Below, piece by piece: positions 9,966 through 18,483 of a stretch of DNA of 47,228 nt. The DNA comes from Planctomycetota bacterium (GTDB lineage: Bacteria; Planctomycetota; UBA11346). The stretch lies in contig JBBQSO010000040.1 in the NCBI GenBank assembly GCA_038213805.1, positions 1-47,228 of the forward strand. Direction: 5' to 3'. The stretch's first letter is position 1; each line of letters starts with the position of its first letter. The notes beneath the pieces are model-generated. The model worked only from the letters and a program-made list of their open reading frames with translations, made no database searches and was not told where the DNA came from. The position numbers and the translations under genes were made by a program.

Positions 9966-12656
9966 TCAACGGGGGCGCTCAGCGAGTTTTTTCACCTCAG
10001 CCGCATCGAGCGCGCGGCGATAGAGATACACCTCATCAATTTTTCCGCGCCAGCTGCCGTCCCAGTTGGCACCGATGCGCAGTGGGCAATCGGCATTGTC
10101 GGGTATCGCTGTCTGCGCCGCCTGCTCGTGCTTCAGTTCTCCATTCAGGTAGAACTTGGCGGTGGTGCCGTCACCGGTGACCGCGAGGTGGAACCACGCC
10201 TTGGTCGGAACCACCACCGGAGAATTGAGCATGACTTTATTCGCCAGCATCAGCCGAATCGCGCCATCGGATCCCATGTCGAGGTTGAAATCCCAGTGGT
10301 CGTTGCTGCGCCATTTTCCGATCAAACCACCGGCCACTGGTTTGCTGGAATCACAGTACGCCCACAGTGCGGTGGTGAAGGCGGCCATGACTCCGGTGGT
10401 GACCGGGCGATCGAATTCAACACGGGCGAGCTTGCCATCCAGCTCCACCGCGCCGCCGCGGATGCCGGTCGTCCAGTCGGCACCTCTGAGCACCGCCTCG
10501 CCAGCTCCGCCTGGGATTTGATTCTTCGCGACCAGTCCTTTGCCGTCGTCAAACGCCCAGTGACCGATCAGGGGCTCTTTACCATTGAGCGGGGCGCTGG
10601 CTTCAACGGTGGCGTGGGTTCCTTTTGCTTCGGGCTTCCAGTGAAAAATAACCGCCTTGCCGCATTCATTGTCCTCGATCACCAAGCGGATGCGGCCGTC
10701 TTTGAGCATGCAACCCGAGAGCGTGTCGCTCATGTCTTGGTTGCCGATTCGCCCGATCGAATCAGGCGGCTCAATCCAGCCGACATAGGAGCCGTCTTTG
10801 GTCCGGTACACGTCGACATGGCCGCGTGCATGATGGAGCACCGCATTGTCATTGGCGAAGACACAGAAAACGTAATCGCCGACCACTTCGATGCAGCGCA
10901 CCACGCCCATGTCCAGGCCCAGCGTCCCGTCCTTTGAATCGTTGCGGTATGCCGGTTTCACCGTCCAGGCCAGCTTGGACGCCGTGCCCCAGTTATCATA
11001 ACGCGCCAAGAGGCGGCCGCCGACGCCATGCTCATTGGTGCCGCGTGGCAATTCAGCGCTGTAGCCGATGAGGTACATGGTGTCGGTGGCGGCGACATGG
11101 CGCAGCCGGCGCACGATGGTGAACGGCGCGGGATTGGGAACCTTGGTCGCGCCAGCGATATTCCAGCTCGGAATGCCCTTGGCGTTGACGCCGGCAAAAG
11201 GAATGCGAGCGATGTAGTCGTCTTCGTGAGCGACCCAGTAATCACCCTTTTCGTCAAGCCACTGGCCCCAGCCGTAACATTTCACATTCGGTTCGATCTT
11301 CGTTTCTTCGTCGACGGTGCGTTTGCCATCGGCATTGGTATCGATCCAAATCGATTTATCGCCAAAGAAAGCACATGGAATCAGCAAGGGACTCTGGTCG
11401 CCATCGCAGCGATAGATCGGGGTGCCCTGATGTCCTTTCCGGCTGAAGAAGAACGCCTTTCCACCCAGCATCAGACCAGACATCATGCCGTCGGTTTCAG
11501 GATCGCCGTTGCTGTACCCCTTGCTGGGATCACGGGTGTAGGATTCCATCTGCCAGCCGGGATTTTTTCCCGGCAGCAAGCGCAGCTGCGCATGCATGCC
11601 CATGATCAGCGACTCGTCACGCGGGTCGGTGGTCGGGCACTCATTCCACACCGCGCAGCGGAGTTCCCACTTCAACTTCAGGTCAGGCCCGTAGCCCTGG
11701 ATGCAATTGCCCTGACCACGACTGGTGCCATCGGCCACGACTAAGGTGCCGGCCTTGTCGAAGCCAATCCCGCTGAGGCCGTTGAAACGCAACGGGCCTG
11801 GTACGCCGCGCTTGGCGCCGCTCCACACGCCACCAGCTTCACCGATGCGCCGCGATAGGGCAGGCGTCGCATCAATGGCGGTATAAACCAGGATCTGGTT
11901 GCTGGGGCCGGCATCGGCCACGCACAGTTCGCCCTTCGGCGTCAGGGCGATAGCGGTCGCCTGACAGTCCGCGGGGAGTTGGATCTGAGCGGATCCGAGC
12001 GAACCATCGGGCTTGAAGCTGATCACTTTGCTTTCCTTGGGCATCAGCACCCATAGGCGGCCCTTGCCATCGATCAGCATCTCATCGGGTTCGCGGCCGG
12101 CGACGTCCAAGGCTCCGACATCTTTCAGGTCATAGTCCAAGATCAGGATTTTTCCCAGCCAAGGACACGCGGCATAGACGCGATCGGCAGTGAGCGCGAG
12201 ACCCATGACGTGCCCGCCAAGGTCACGGCGTACCGGCTCGACGTACAGCAGACTTCTGCGCTCGAAGCGCACAACGCCGTTGCAGTCGTTCTTGGCACTG
12301 AACAGGTACTTGTCGCTGGCGGCTACCGCGTTGCCGCCTTGATTGCCCCAGTGCCTGGTGAGCTGCTGCGGGATCTGGGTAATTTCACCATCTTTGATTT
12401 CGGCGACCACGCCGCACGCCTCTTCCCAGACGCTTCCCGTATAAACCGTTCCTTCGGGCGTCACGCACAAGCCGGTGACCATGTGCGGAACGTGGCGCTT
12501 GGCCGCGTTGCCAACGTAGGTGTTACCCGCCCAGGTGGCTTCGATGTCCAGGCGGTCCGCCGGGCCGGGCATGCCTGGTTCAGCGCTTTGGGCAGCACCC
12601 CACAGAGCAAGAGCCAGGGCCGCGAGAGAAACGGTGCGGAGTCGAACGGTGGTCAT
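9966..12656 (-). CDS. Secreted NHL/beta-propeller protein with C-terminal LamG-like (concanavalin A-like) domain
   Basis: Signal peptide. NHL-like repeats (IALTPKGELCVAD, GIGFDKAGTLVVAD). C-terminal LIGHWAFDDG...WFHLAVT...FYLNG...WRGKIDEVYLYRRAL is a LamG signature. Confidence 0.85.
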   Translation of the reverse strand: MTTVRLRTVSLAALALALWGAAQSAEPGMPGPADRLDIEATWAGNTYVGNAAKRHVPHMVTGLCVTPEGTVYTGSVWEEACGVVAEIKDGEITQIPQQLTRHWGNQGGNAVAASDKYLFSAKNDCNGVVRFERRSLLYVEPVRRDLGGHVMGLALTADRVYAACPWLGKILILDYDLKDVGALDVAGREPDEMLIDGKGRLWVLMPKESKVISFKPDGSLGSAQIQLPADCQATAIALTPKGELCVADAGPSNQILVYTAIDATPALSRRIGEAGGVWSGAKRGVPGPLRFNGLSGIGFDKAGTLVVADGTSRGQGNCIQGYGPDLKLKWELRCAVWNECPTTDPRDESLIMGMHAQLRLLPGKNPGWQMESYTRDPSKGYSNGDPETDGMMSGLMLGGKAFFFSRKGHQGTPIYRCDGDQSPLLIPCAFFGDKSIWIDTNADGKRTVDEETKIEPNVKCYGWGQWLDEKGDYWVAHEDDYIARIPFAGVNAKGIPSWNIAGATKVPNPAPFTIVRRLRHVAATDTMYLIGYSAELPRGTNEHGVGGRLLARYDNWGTASKLAWTVKPAYRNDSKDGTLGLDMGVVRCIEVVGDYVFCVFANDNAVLHHARGHVDVYRTKDGSYVGWIEPPDSIGRIGNQDMSDTLSGCMLKDGRIRLVIEDNECGKAVIFHWKPEAKGTHATVEASAPLNGKEPLIGHWAFDDGKGLVAKNQIPGGAGEAVLRGADWTTGIRGGAVELDGKLARVEFDRPVTTGVMAAFTTALWAYCDSSKPVAGGLIGKWRSNDHWDFNLDMGSDGAIRLMLANKVMLNSPVVVPTKAWFHLAVTGDGTTAKFYLNGELKHEQAAQTAIPDNADCPLRIGANWDGSWRGKIDEVYLYRRALDAAEVKKLAERPR

Positions 12657-12737
12657 GAGGGAAATTCCTGTACCTGAATGGAAGAAGCGTGGCCGCTACG
12701 GGAGAGATCGGAGAGCAGGGTGCCGCGATGAGACTGC

Positions 12738-12855
12738 ATATCGATACGGTGGTTGAGGCTTCCGCGTTGATAAGGTCCTGATGAAAGCATGGAATGCTGT
12801 CATATCACTAACGTGGGCGTTGATTAAAAGTGACCTCGACCTACCGTATCGATAT
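12738..12855. promoter_or_regulatory. Paired inverted operator-like sites in a divergent promoter
   Basis: ATATCGATACGGT (12738-12750) is the exact reverse complement of ACCGTATCGATAT (12843-12855). Both contain the palindrome TATCGATA. Confidence 0.6.
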
Positions 12856-12859
12856 AACC

Positions 12860-14005
12860 ATGGCCGCCGCCTTCAAATACGAAAAAGTCGCCCATCACCT
12901 GCGCCAGTTGCTCGCGTCGGGCACCCTGGGACCCGCTCGTCGCCTCCCCTCTTTTTCGACGCTGCGACGCCAGCTGAAGGTGACCCAGGCGACCATCGAT
13001 TCCGCCCTCGCCATGTTGGAAGGCGAAGGGCTGATCGATCGGCGACCCGGCGCCGGCATCTTCGCGTCGGCACCGACGACCGGGAACAGCGGTATCGCCC
13101 GCAACGGCATCTTAATCCTCAGTGGTTTCCCCCTCGATCTCCCGTCGACTTATCATCAAGGCGGATGGGGCTCGGCAGTTTTCTTTGGCGCCATGGCGTA
13201 CTGCCACCGCAAAGCATATCGCATCATCTTGATGGATCCGCATCGCCTGGGAGCGCAGGAGGTCCGCAGTATGGAGGGCGCCAGACTAGGCGCGATTTTG
13301 CTGATGCCGTCCGAGGACCGACCCCTGAGCACGCATGTTCACCAGTTATGCGCCGCACCCGTTCCCAAGGTGGCGTGGGATTGTTCCTACCTGCCCAGTC
13401 CTGACTTCATGGTGATGCAACACGATCACGCCGCCGGCGCACAGCTCTTAACCGAATGGCTGCTGGCGCGTGGCAAGCGCAGGATCCTTCAAGTCGCGAC
13501 TGGCACGCAGCCGTGGATGATGGCCAGACGGGAAGGCCATCTGCGGGCGATGAAAGCGGCTGGAATCGCCGCATTGCCGATGGTTGAACTGAAAACCAAC
13601 GTGTCCGCGCACAACGAAACATCCTTTCTCGACAAGTCGCGCTCTGCCTGCGGTCAACTCGCGGAATATCTCGTTGGCTCGCAAGATCCGGTCGATGCGA
13701 TCATGGCACCCAGCGATGGCGAAGTCTCCCACCTCGCGCGTGCCTGCCGCTTGTGTGGTCGCGAACCCAACCGCGACGTCGAGCTTGTTGGTTACGATAA
13801 TTATTGGCTCGACTCCTCCGAACGAGCGTTTGAACCAACCATTCGACCACTAGCGACGGTGGAGAAAAATAATCAGGACATCGGGGGCATCCTGATCAGC
13901 TGTTTGGAAAAGGCAGATCCGTCGAACGAATTCGCACCCCCGGAACTAACCCCGCCCACGCTGGTGGTCACTGATAAAATCATGATGGATGTACCTACTG
14001 AGTAA
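12860..14005 (+). CDS. GntR-family HTH / LacI-type sugar-binding transcriptional regulator
   Basis: KYEKVAHHLR...RRLPSFSTLRRQLKVTQATIDSALAMLEGEGLIDRRPGAGIF is a GntR wHTH. HDHAAGAQLLTEWLL...VDAIMAPSD...LVGYDN is the LacI-like sensor. ATG at 12860 preferred over GTG at 12830. Confidence 0.9.
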   Translation: MAAAFKYEKVAHHLRQLLASGTLGPARRLPSFSTLRRQLKVTQATIDSALAMLEGEGLIDRRPGAGIFASAPTTGNSGIARNGILILSGFPLDLPSTYHQGGWGSAVFFGAMAYCHRKAYRIILMDPHRLGAQEVRSMEGARLGAILLMPSEDRPLSTHVHQLCAAPVPKVAWDCSYLPSPDFMVMQHDHAAGAQLLTEWLLARGKRRILQVATGTQPWMMARREGHLRAMKAAGIAALPMVELKTNVSAHNETSFLDKSRSACGQLAEYLVGSQDPVDAIMAPSDGEVSHLARACRLCGREPNRDVELVGYDNYWLDSSERAFEPTIRPLATVEKNNQDIGGILISCLEKADPSNEFAPPELTPPTLVVTDKIMMDVPTE

Positions 14006-14146
14006 GTTCTGATCAAGAATCACATCCTCTACTATTTTTACGCAACTGACCAATCGACCCCTACGTATCGTCGTAAGTTCCTTGAGTTTTCCTTGGCTGA
14101 GCCGCAAGGTCACAAGCGCGTGGCCAGGCCGTTTCTCGGTAGTGCC

Positions 14147-15268
14147 ATGCGCCTGTTCGCTCCAGTGATGCTCATCGTTCTGACCGCCGCCATCGCGGTG
14201 GCAGCGGATCACTTGCCGGTATATCCACCCGTCCCAACCGTGGCAGTGGTGAAGAATTGGGCGGATCTCCTGGCCCAACCTGTCATCGATCTTGGAGGCG
14301 GAGTGCGCATGCGCCTCGGCCTCGAAGCAGCCACCTGCGCTGCTGGCAGCGGCGTGCTGGTGTACTGCCTGACTGAGGGTTTCACTCCGCCGCAGTCCGG
14401 CAGCGGCGAGGATCATCTCGGACCGGCACGAGTGTCGCTGACCGTCGCTGGCGTCCGCAACTCCAGAGAATTGAGCATGTGGTCCCGCCAGATCGCTGAC
14501 GATCAGCACCGGGCTCTCGGCTTGCCGCTCTACGCACGCATGATCACGATCCCCAAGGCCGGAACCTACGTAGTCGAAATTGAGAGCGTACCGGCAAATG
14601 ACTTCACGGAGGCTCGGCTGTTGGCCACCGCCACCATCGTCGGAGCCGGCGAAGTGGAACATCCCTGGGGCAATCTCGGATCGCCCAGCAGCCTTGTCGC
14701 CGAGATGCGGGAGGAGAGCGCGGACGAAGCCCTGGTCAAGGCGATCGTGATTTCGTGCGGATTCACCAACTTCTTCCGGGCCATTCCGACCTGGGATGGG
14801 CTTCTGCCGCTGGCCAATCTTCCCGGCGCCGATCGTGACCTGATCCACCAACTATTGCCAACCTTGCTCCCAGTCACACCTGATTCTCGCTTCAATCTCA
14901 GCCGCCACGGCGAAGTCCTGATGTTGGATTCAGAGGTGCCGATGTTCTTCTGTGCCGGGTGTCCGCCGTTCCTGGTGCGCTGCTGGATCAATGATCAGCC
15001 GTTCGTTCCAGCTTTGGGGTCAGGGGAAATGAATGGAGGAGCCTGCTTCCAAGATGTGCATCGGGTGGCGCTGCATTGCGAACTCGATCCGGTCGCTTTG
15101 AAGGCCAGGTCCGGCGATCGCATAAGCGCTCAAATCCTGTATTGCCGTGGCGGTTGGAACTGGAGCGGGGAATCGGTGAAGCATCTCGCCCAGTTGGAGA
15201 CTTCCGACACCGATCCCGACCTGCCGGCGGCCCTGTTGAGCAACCGTCTGGAATTCACCGTTCCGTGA
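14147..15268 (+). CDS. Secreted hypothetical protein
   Basis: ORF with signal peptide MRLFAPVMLIVLTAAIAVAA. No family recognised. Confidence 0.7.
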   Translation: MRLFAPVMLIVLTAAIAVAADHLPVYPPVPTVAVVKNWADLLAQPVIDLGGGVRMRLGLEAATCAAGSGVLVYCLTEGFTPPQSGSGEDHLGPARVSLTVAGVRNSRELSMWSRQIADDQHRALGLPLYARMITIPKAGTYVVEIESVPANDFTEARLLATATIVGAGEVEHPWGNLGSPSSLVAEMREESADEALVKAIVISCGFTNFFRAIPTWDGLLPLANLPGADRDLIHQLLPTLLPVTPDSRFNLSRHGEVLMLDSEVPMFFCAGCPPFLVRCWINDQPFVPALGSGEMNGGACFQDVHRVALHCELDPVALKARSGDRISAQILYCRGGWNWSGESVKHLAQLETSDTDPDLPAALLSNRLEFTVP

Positions 15269-15399
15269 ACGAGAGGCTACCAAAAATTGTCGCATGACCA
15301 CCTCATCGCGCGCACTCATCCGTAACTGTGCACCCCAGTCCTTGGCACGGTGTCGGTTTGGCGTCGGCGCGCTTGGCCACGGATCCTTGCGCACTACGG

Positions 15400-15479
15400 A
15401 GGCGAAGGGCGCATTGGAGGCGATGATGCAGATGGGCAAGATCGACGTCGCTGCCATTGAGGCTGCACGGCGTGGCTGA
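15400..15479 (+). pseudogene. 3' remnant of a VOC/PhnB-like (3-demethylubiquinone-9 3-methyltransferase-like) gene
   Basis: Translation EAKGALEAMMQMGKIDVAAIEAARRG* resembles the conserved C-terminus of that family. The rest of the gene is absent. Confidence 0.6.
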
Positions 15480-15684
15480 CAAGGACCCGACGGGTTGCGC
15501 GGTCTAACTGACCACTTCGACATGGCTCGAAGCGGCTGCAGTTCGTGTTGCAGATGCAGCAGATACGTCAGTGCCTGTCCAGAGATGTCGAGGTTTGTAG
15601 TGTCACTCAACTCCTTTACCTGTCCTAAATTACACTGCAAATTCATACCCCATAAGGAGTTACCGAAATTCTTTCCGACCTAGT

Positions 15685-15728
15685 TGTCACGGCGGAGGTC
15701 GTGGGTTCGAGTCCCATCCAGGTCGCCA
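15685..15728 (+). pseudogene. 3' half of tRNA-Asp(GTC); probable attR site
   Basis: TGTCAC-GGCGG-AGGTC-GTGGG-TTCGAGT-CCCAT-CCAGGTC-G-CCA gives an anticodon loop with GTC, a complete T arm, the acceptor 3' strand, a G discriminator and CCA. No D arm or 5' half upstream. Confidence 0.85.
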
Positions 15729-15765
15729 AACGTCACGCCCCGGCTCACGCCGGGGTTTGTCGTTT
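15729..15765 (+). terminator. Intrinsic terminator originally downstream of tRNA-Asp
   Basis: Hairpin GCCCCGGC-TCAC-GCCGGGGT followed by TTGTCGTTT. Confidence 0.7.
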
Positions 15766-15803
15766 AACGCTATCGGGCGGCACCAGCCTCCCCTTGAACT
15801 AGG

Positions 15804-15987
15804 GGCGGCCTGGATGGGGTTCGAACCACGACGGAGACGATGTTCACGGCGGAGGCGAGCACCCCGTGGCGGTTCCTTAGTCGAGAGCAGGCCCCAGTGG
15901 TGCCTGCGCGCCGATGCGCAGGCACCCGCAGGGGCAGCTCGGAAGGTTGCGAACCGGACCTGGGCTCAATTCCCATCCAAGTCGCCA
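15804..15987. repeat. ~185-bp element with terminal inverted repeats derived from the tRNA-Asp 3' end
   Basis: 15804-15832 (GGCGGCCTGGATGGGGTTCGAACCACGAC) is approximately the reverse complement of the tRNA T arm/acceptor. 15961-15987 (TGGGCTCAATTCCCATCCAAGTCGCCA) is approximately a direct copy. Internal hairpin GTGCCTGCGC...GCGCAGGCAC. Confidence 0.75.
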
Positions 15988-16076
15988 TAAGGCATAGCAC
16001 GGCTCACGACAGGCAGGTCGTTCACCTCGACCTCACAGCCAGTCTTGAGCGTCCCGGGATGCGCAAGCACTGCATC

Positions 16077-16121
16077 CGCCCATACGACCCTGCCGAAACC
16101 TCTGGCAGGGTCGTATGGGCG
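16077..16121. terminator. Perfect 18-bp inverted repeat just downstream of the PA14 gene (terminator or REP-like hairpin)
   Basis: CGCCCATACGACCCTGCC, 9-nt loop, GGCAGGGTCGTATGGGCG. No clear U-tract. Confidence 0.6.
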
Positions 16122-16128
16122 AGCCGTT

Positions 16129-16803
16129 TCAGTGACTGGCGTGGAACAATGCGGACGCGGGGATGATGGCCTTCTCGACGCCTTCGGCCGACCACGACAG
16201 CTTGAGGCCGAGCTGACCGTCATTCTCGTAGAACTCGACCTTGATGGGATGGTCGCCGGCCTTCAGGTCGACCTCACCGGTCTTCTCCTCCATGGCGTGC
16301 AGGCCGTTGTTGTCGATCACCTGCTGGCCATCGACGGCCAGCCGCGAGCCGTCATCGGACTCGATGGCCAGGGTGTACTTGCCGTCCTTGGGGACACGCA
16401 GCACGCCGGTCCAGCGCGCGTAGAAATGGTCGGTGAGCTGGGTGCCGGGATAGGCGTCGTCGGTGCTGTCGACGTTGAGCTGGCCATCGACGCGGACCAG
16501 GGTCGGCTTGGTGCCATCGGCGATAGTCGGGAAGTCCTCAGGGCCCTCGCTGAGCGAGAAGAACTCGCCGGCGAGGCCGGGCTGGAGAGCGGCGGCGGTG
16601 ACCGGGGCAGGGGCAGGGGAAGGGGCAGGGGCAGTGGGAGCGGGAGCTGGCGCAGTGGAAACCGGTGCCGGAGCGGATGCCGGAGCGGCCTTGGTTTCGG
16701 CGGTAGCCGGCTTGGCCTCAGCGCGGGCGGAGGACGGGGTCGTGTCGCAACCGCACACCATCAGAAGGGCGGCGAGTGCGGGGACGAGGGCGGGGTGGCG
16801 CAT
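16129..16803 (-). CDS. PA14-domain lipoprotein
   Basis: Lipobox-like LLMVCGC, then a Pro/Ala-rich linker, then PA14 motifs (FYARWTGVLRVP, ESDDGSRLAVDG, HPIKVEFYENDG). Confidence 0.9.
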   Translation of the reverse strand: MRHPALVPALAALLMVCGCDTTPSSARAEAKPATAETKAAPASAPAPVSTAPAPAPTAPAPSPAPAPVTAAALQPGLAGEFFSLSEGPEDFPTIADGTKPTLVRVDGQLNVDSTDDAYPGTQLTDHFYARWTGVLRVPKDGKYTLAIESDDGSRLAVDGQQVIDNNGLHAMEEKTGEVDLKAGDHPIKVEFYENDGQLGLKLSWSAEGVEKAIIPASALFHASH

Positions 16804-16927
16804 GGAATCCGTTCTCCGTAGTTGCTGGGATGGTCATGAAACGGCTGCGGATCTCAATGGTGACTCGCGATGCCTCTCGCAGGCCAGGACACCTACCCTG
16901 GTCCTTTGAACGCGCCTCTGACGGCCG

Positions 16928-17398
16928 CTAGTTTTTGACCCAGAGGCGGCCGGTGACCGCAGCATCAACTTGAGACAGATGGTGGTCGGCGTGCCATACG
17001 GCCTTTTCAACCAGCTGGCGGACCGTGAACATGCCGTACTCCGTGTGGACGGCGGTGCGTTTCCACTCCTCATCGGTGATGGATGCGGCGAGTTCCCCGT
17101 AGGCGGTGCGCGAGGCGTTGAACAACGCTTCAGCGAGCGCCAGGTCGCGGAAGCCGCCACCCAGGCGCGCGGTCCAGCGGTCGGGATCCAGCGCCAGCAA
17201 CAGCGGCTTGTGGTCGGCCAACGCGCGGCGCAGACGGTCGAGGAACAACGATTCGAGATCGGCGATGTGCACCAGCAGCTGGCGGGCCGTCCACTTGCCT
17301 GGGGCGTAGGTCTGCGCGAGCGCTGCGGGGTCGTGGTGGAAGGCCTGCTGCACGCGCAGCTGGTTGGCGGTGAGCTGGGCGATCACGGTATCGGGCAT
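16928..17398 (-). CDS. DinB/YfiT family protein
   Basis: YAPGKWTARQLLVHIADLE...VWHADHHLSQV carries the DinB/YfiT His triad. Start set at MPDTV. Confidence 0.88.
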   Translation of the reverse strand: MPDTVIAQLTANQLRVQQAFHHDPAALAQTYAPGKWTARQLLVHIADLESLFLDRLRRALADHKPLLLALDPDRWTARLGGGFRDLALAEALFNASRTAYGELAASITDEEWKRTAVHTEYGMFTVRQLVEKAVWHADHHLSQVDAAVTGRLWVKN

Positions 17399-17464
17399 GG
17401 AGGTCGACGATGATGCTGAGAGATGATGGGCAAGCGGCGAAGTGCGCATGCGGTTCCGACGGCT

Positions 17465-17553
17465 CGAGTCGCGGGTCTCAAGCTTCGAGCGTTGCACCTG
17501 ACACCCCGCACTTTTCGACTTGCCGCTCGCGACTCGCGACTCGCTGCTCGCGC
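17465..17553. repeat. Degenerate heptamer repeats (CTCGCGA-type) with a complementary arm
   Basis: CTCGCGA CTCGCGA CTCGCTG CTCGCGC at 17526-17553. CGAGTCGCGGGTC at 17465-17477 is nearly complementary. Confidence 0.5.
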
Positions 17554-17570
17554 GTTGGCCTTGGTGACCC

Positions 17571-18404
17571 TCACACCAGCGACGCCCGCCGGTACGCCGC
17601 GGGCGGCTGGCCCATGCGGCGGCGGAACATGCGCGAGAAGTAGAAGCGGTCCGGGAAGCCGCAGCCCGCGGCGATGCGCTCGATACTGAGGTCGGAGAAG
17701 GCGAGCTGCTCGGCGGCGGCGACGATGCGGCGTTCGAGCACGTACTGGGCCGGGGTCTGGCCGAGGTGCTGGCGGAACAGGCGGGTGAAGTGGCCCTCGC
17801 CGAAGCCGCAGCGGCGCGCCAGCAGGGCGTTGGGCAGCGGCTCGGCGAGGTGTTCGTCGATGTGCCGCACCGCCTCGGCCACCGGGTTTTGTCCGTGCGC
17901 GAAGCGCACGAAGCGCTGCGCGCGCGCGCTGGCCAGGCCGTCGAGCAGACGCGCGAAGCAGCGGTACAGCACCGCCTTGAAGATGCAGGCCATCACCGGA
18001 TCGCGCGCGCCGCGGGCGCGCACCAGCGGGCGCAGCTCCTCACACTCCGCCTCAAGGCGGCGGTCGGCCGGCAGGGTGATGGGACCAGGGAAGCAGCTGC
18101 GCACCACCGCGCCGGGCAGTCCGACGAGGTCGAAGTGCGCGAAGAGGTGCTGGATGGGATTGACGTTGTGACAGGTCCAGCGCACCCAGGCGGGGACGAA
18201 GTGGATGCGGTGCGCGGCCAGCGGGTAAGGGTCGCCGCCGGTCACCAGCACGTTCGCGCCGGCGCGGGAATTGACATAGAATCGCCAATAGGTGCTGCTG
18301 ACGTCCTCGGCGTTCCAGGTGCGATCGATGGTGACATCGTGCGCAACGTAAAGGCGTATATGGAGGTGATCGATCTCGTGGAGCGGGCTCTCAACGTACT
18401 TCAT
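17571..18404 (-). CDS. AraC-family transcriptional regulator
   Basis: C-terminal double HTH (LARRCGFGEGHFTRLFRQHLGQTPAQY...SIERIAAGCGFPDRFYFSRMFRRRMGQPPAAYR) and an N-terminal cupin-like domain. Confidence 0.93.
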   Translation of the reverse strand: MKYVESPLHEIDHLHIRLYVAHDVTIDRTWNAEDVSSTYWRFYVNSRAGANVLVTGGDPYPLAAHRIHFVPAWVRWTCHNVNPIQHLFAHFDLVGLPGAVVRSCFPGPITLPADRRLEAECEELRPLVRARGARDPVMACIFKAVLYRCFARLLDGLASARAQRFVRFAHGQNPVAEAVRHIDEHLAEPLPNALLARRCGFGEGHFTRLFRQHLGQTPAQYVLERRIVAAAEQLAFSDLSIERIAAGCGFPDRFYFSRMFRRRMGQPPAAYRRASLV

Positions 18405-18425
18405 AGCCGCAGCATGTCTGGAAAA

Positions 18426-18483
18426 GACATAACAAAAGCACTATGCGATATAGCCACGGGATGCGCCGCCATACAATGCTCGG
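18426..18483 (+). promoter_or_regulatory. Probable AraC-activated promoter of the cytochrome c/DUF1501 operon
   Basis: Imperfect direct repeat GACATAACA (18426) / GATATAGCC (18447), 21 bp apart. TACAAT -10 element at 18472-18477 lies just upstream of the ATG at 18484. Confidence 0.5.

Larger units (their letters stand above)
1..15728. mobile_element. Right-hand part of a tRNA-Asp-integrated genomic island (left end and integrase outside the window)
   Basis: Ends at a tRNA-Asp 3' fragment starting in the anticodon loop. Visibly more A/T-rich coding and intergenic DNA left of ~15.7 kb than right of it. Accessory cargo and a gene remnant near the boundary. No integrase in the window. Confidence 0.65.

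Noticed and set aside
15480..15728. tRNA-Asp interrupted by a group I intron, or an intact tRNA gene
   Set aside because: No 5' half or D arm was found upstream in the window, the base before the GTC anticodon is T rather than an intron-terminal G, and no group I core motifs were recognised. An att fragment fits better.
16602..16640. GGGGCA-type hexamer repeats
   Set aside because: They encode the Pro/Ala linker of the PA14 lipoprotein and are not an independent element.
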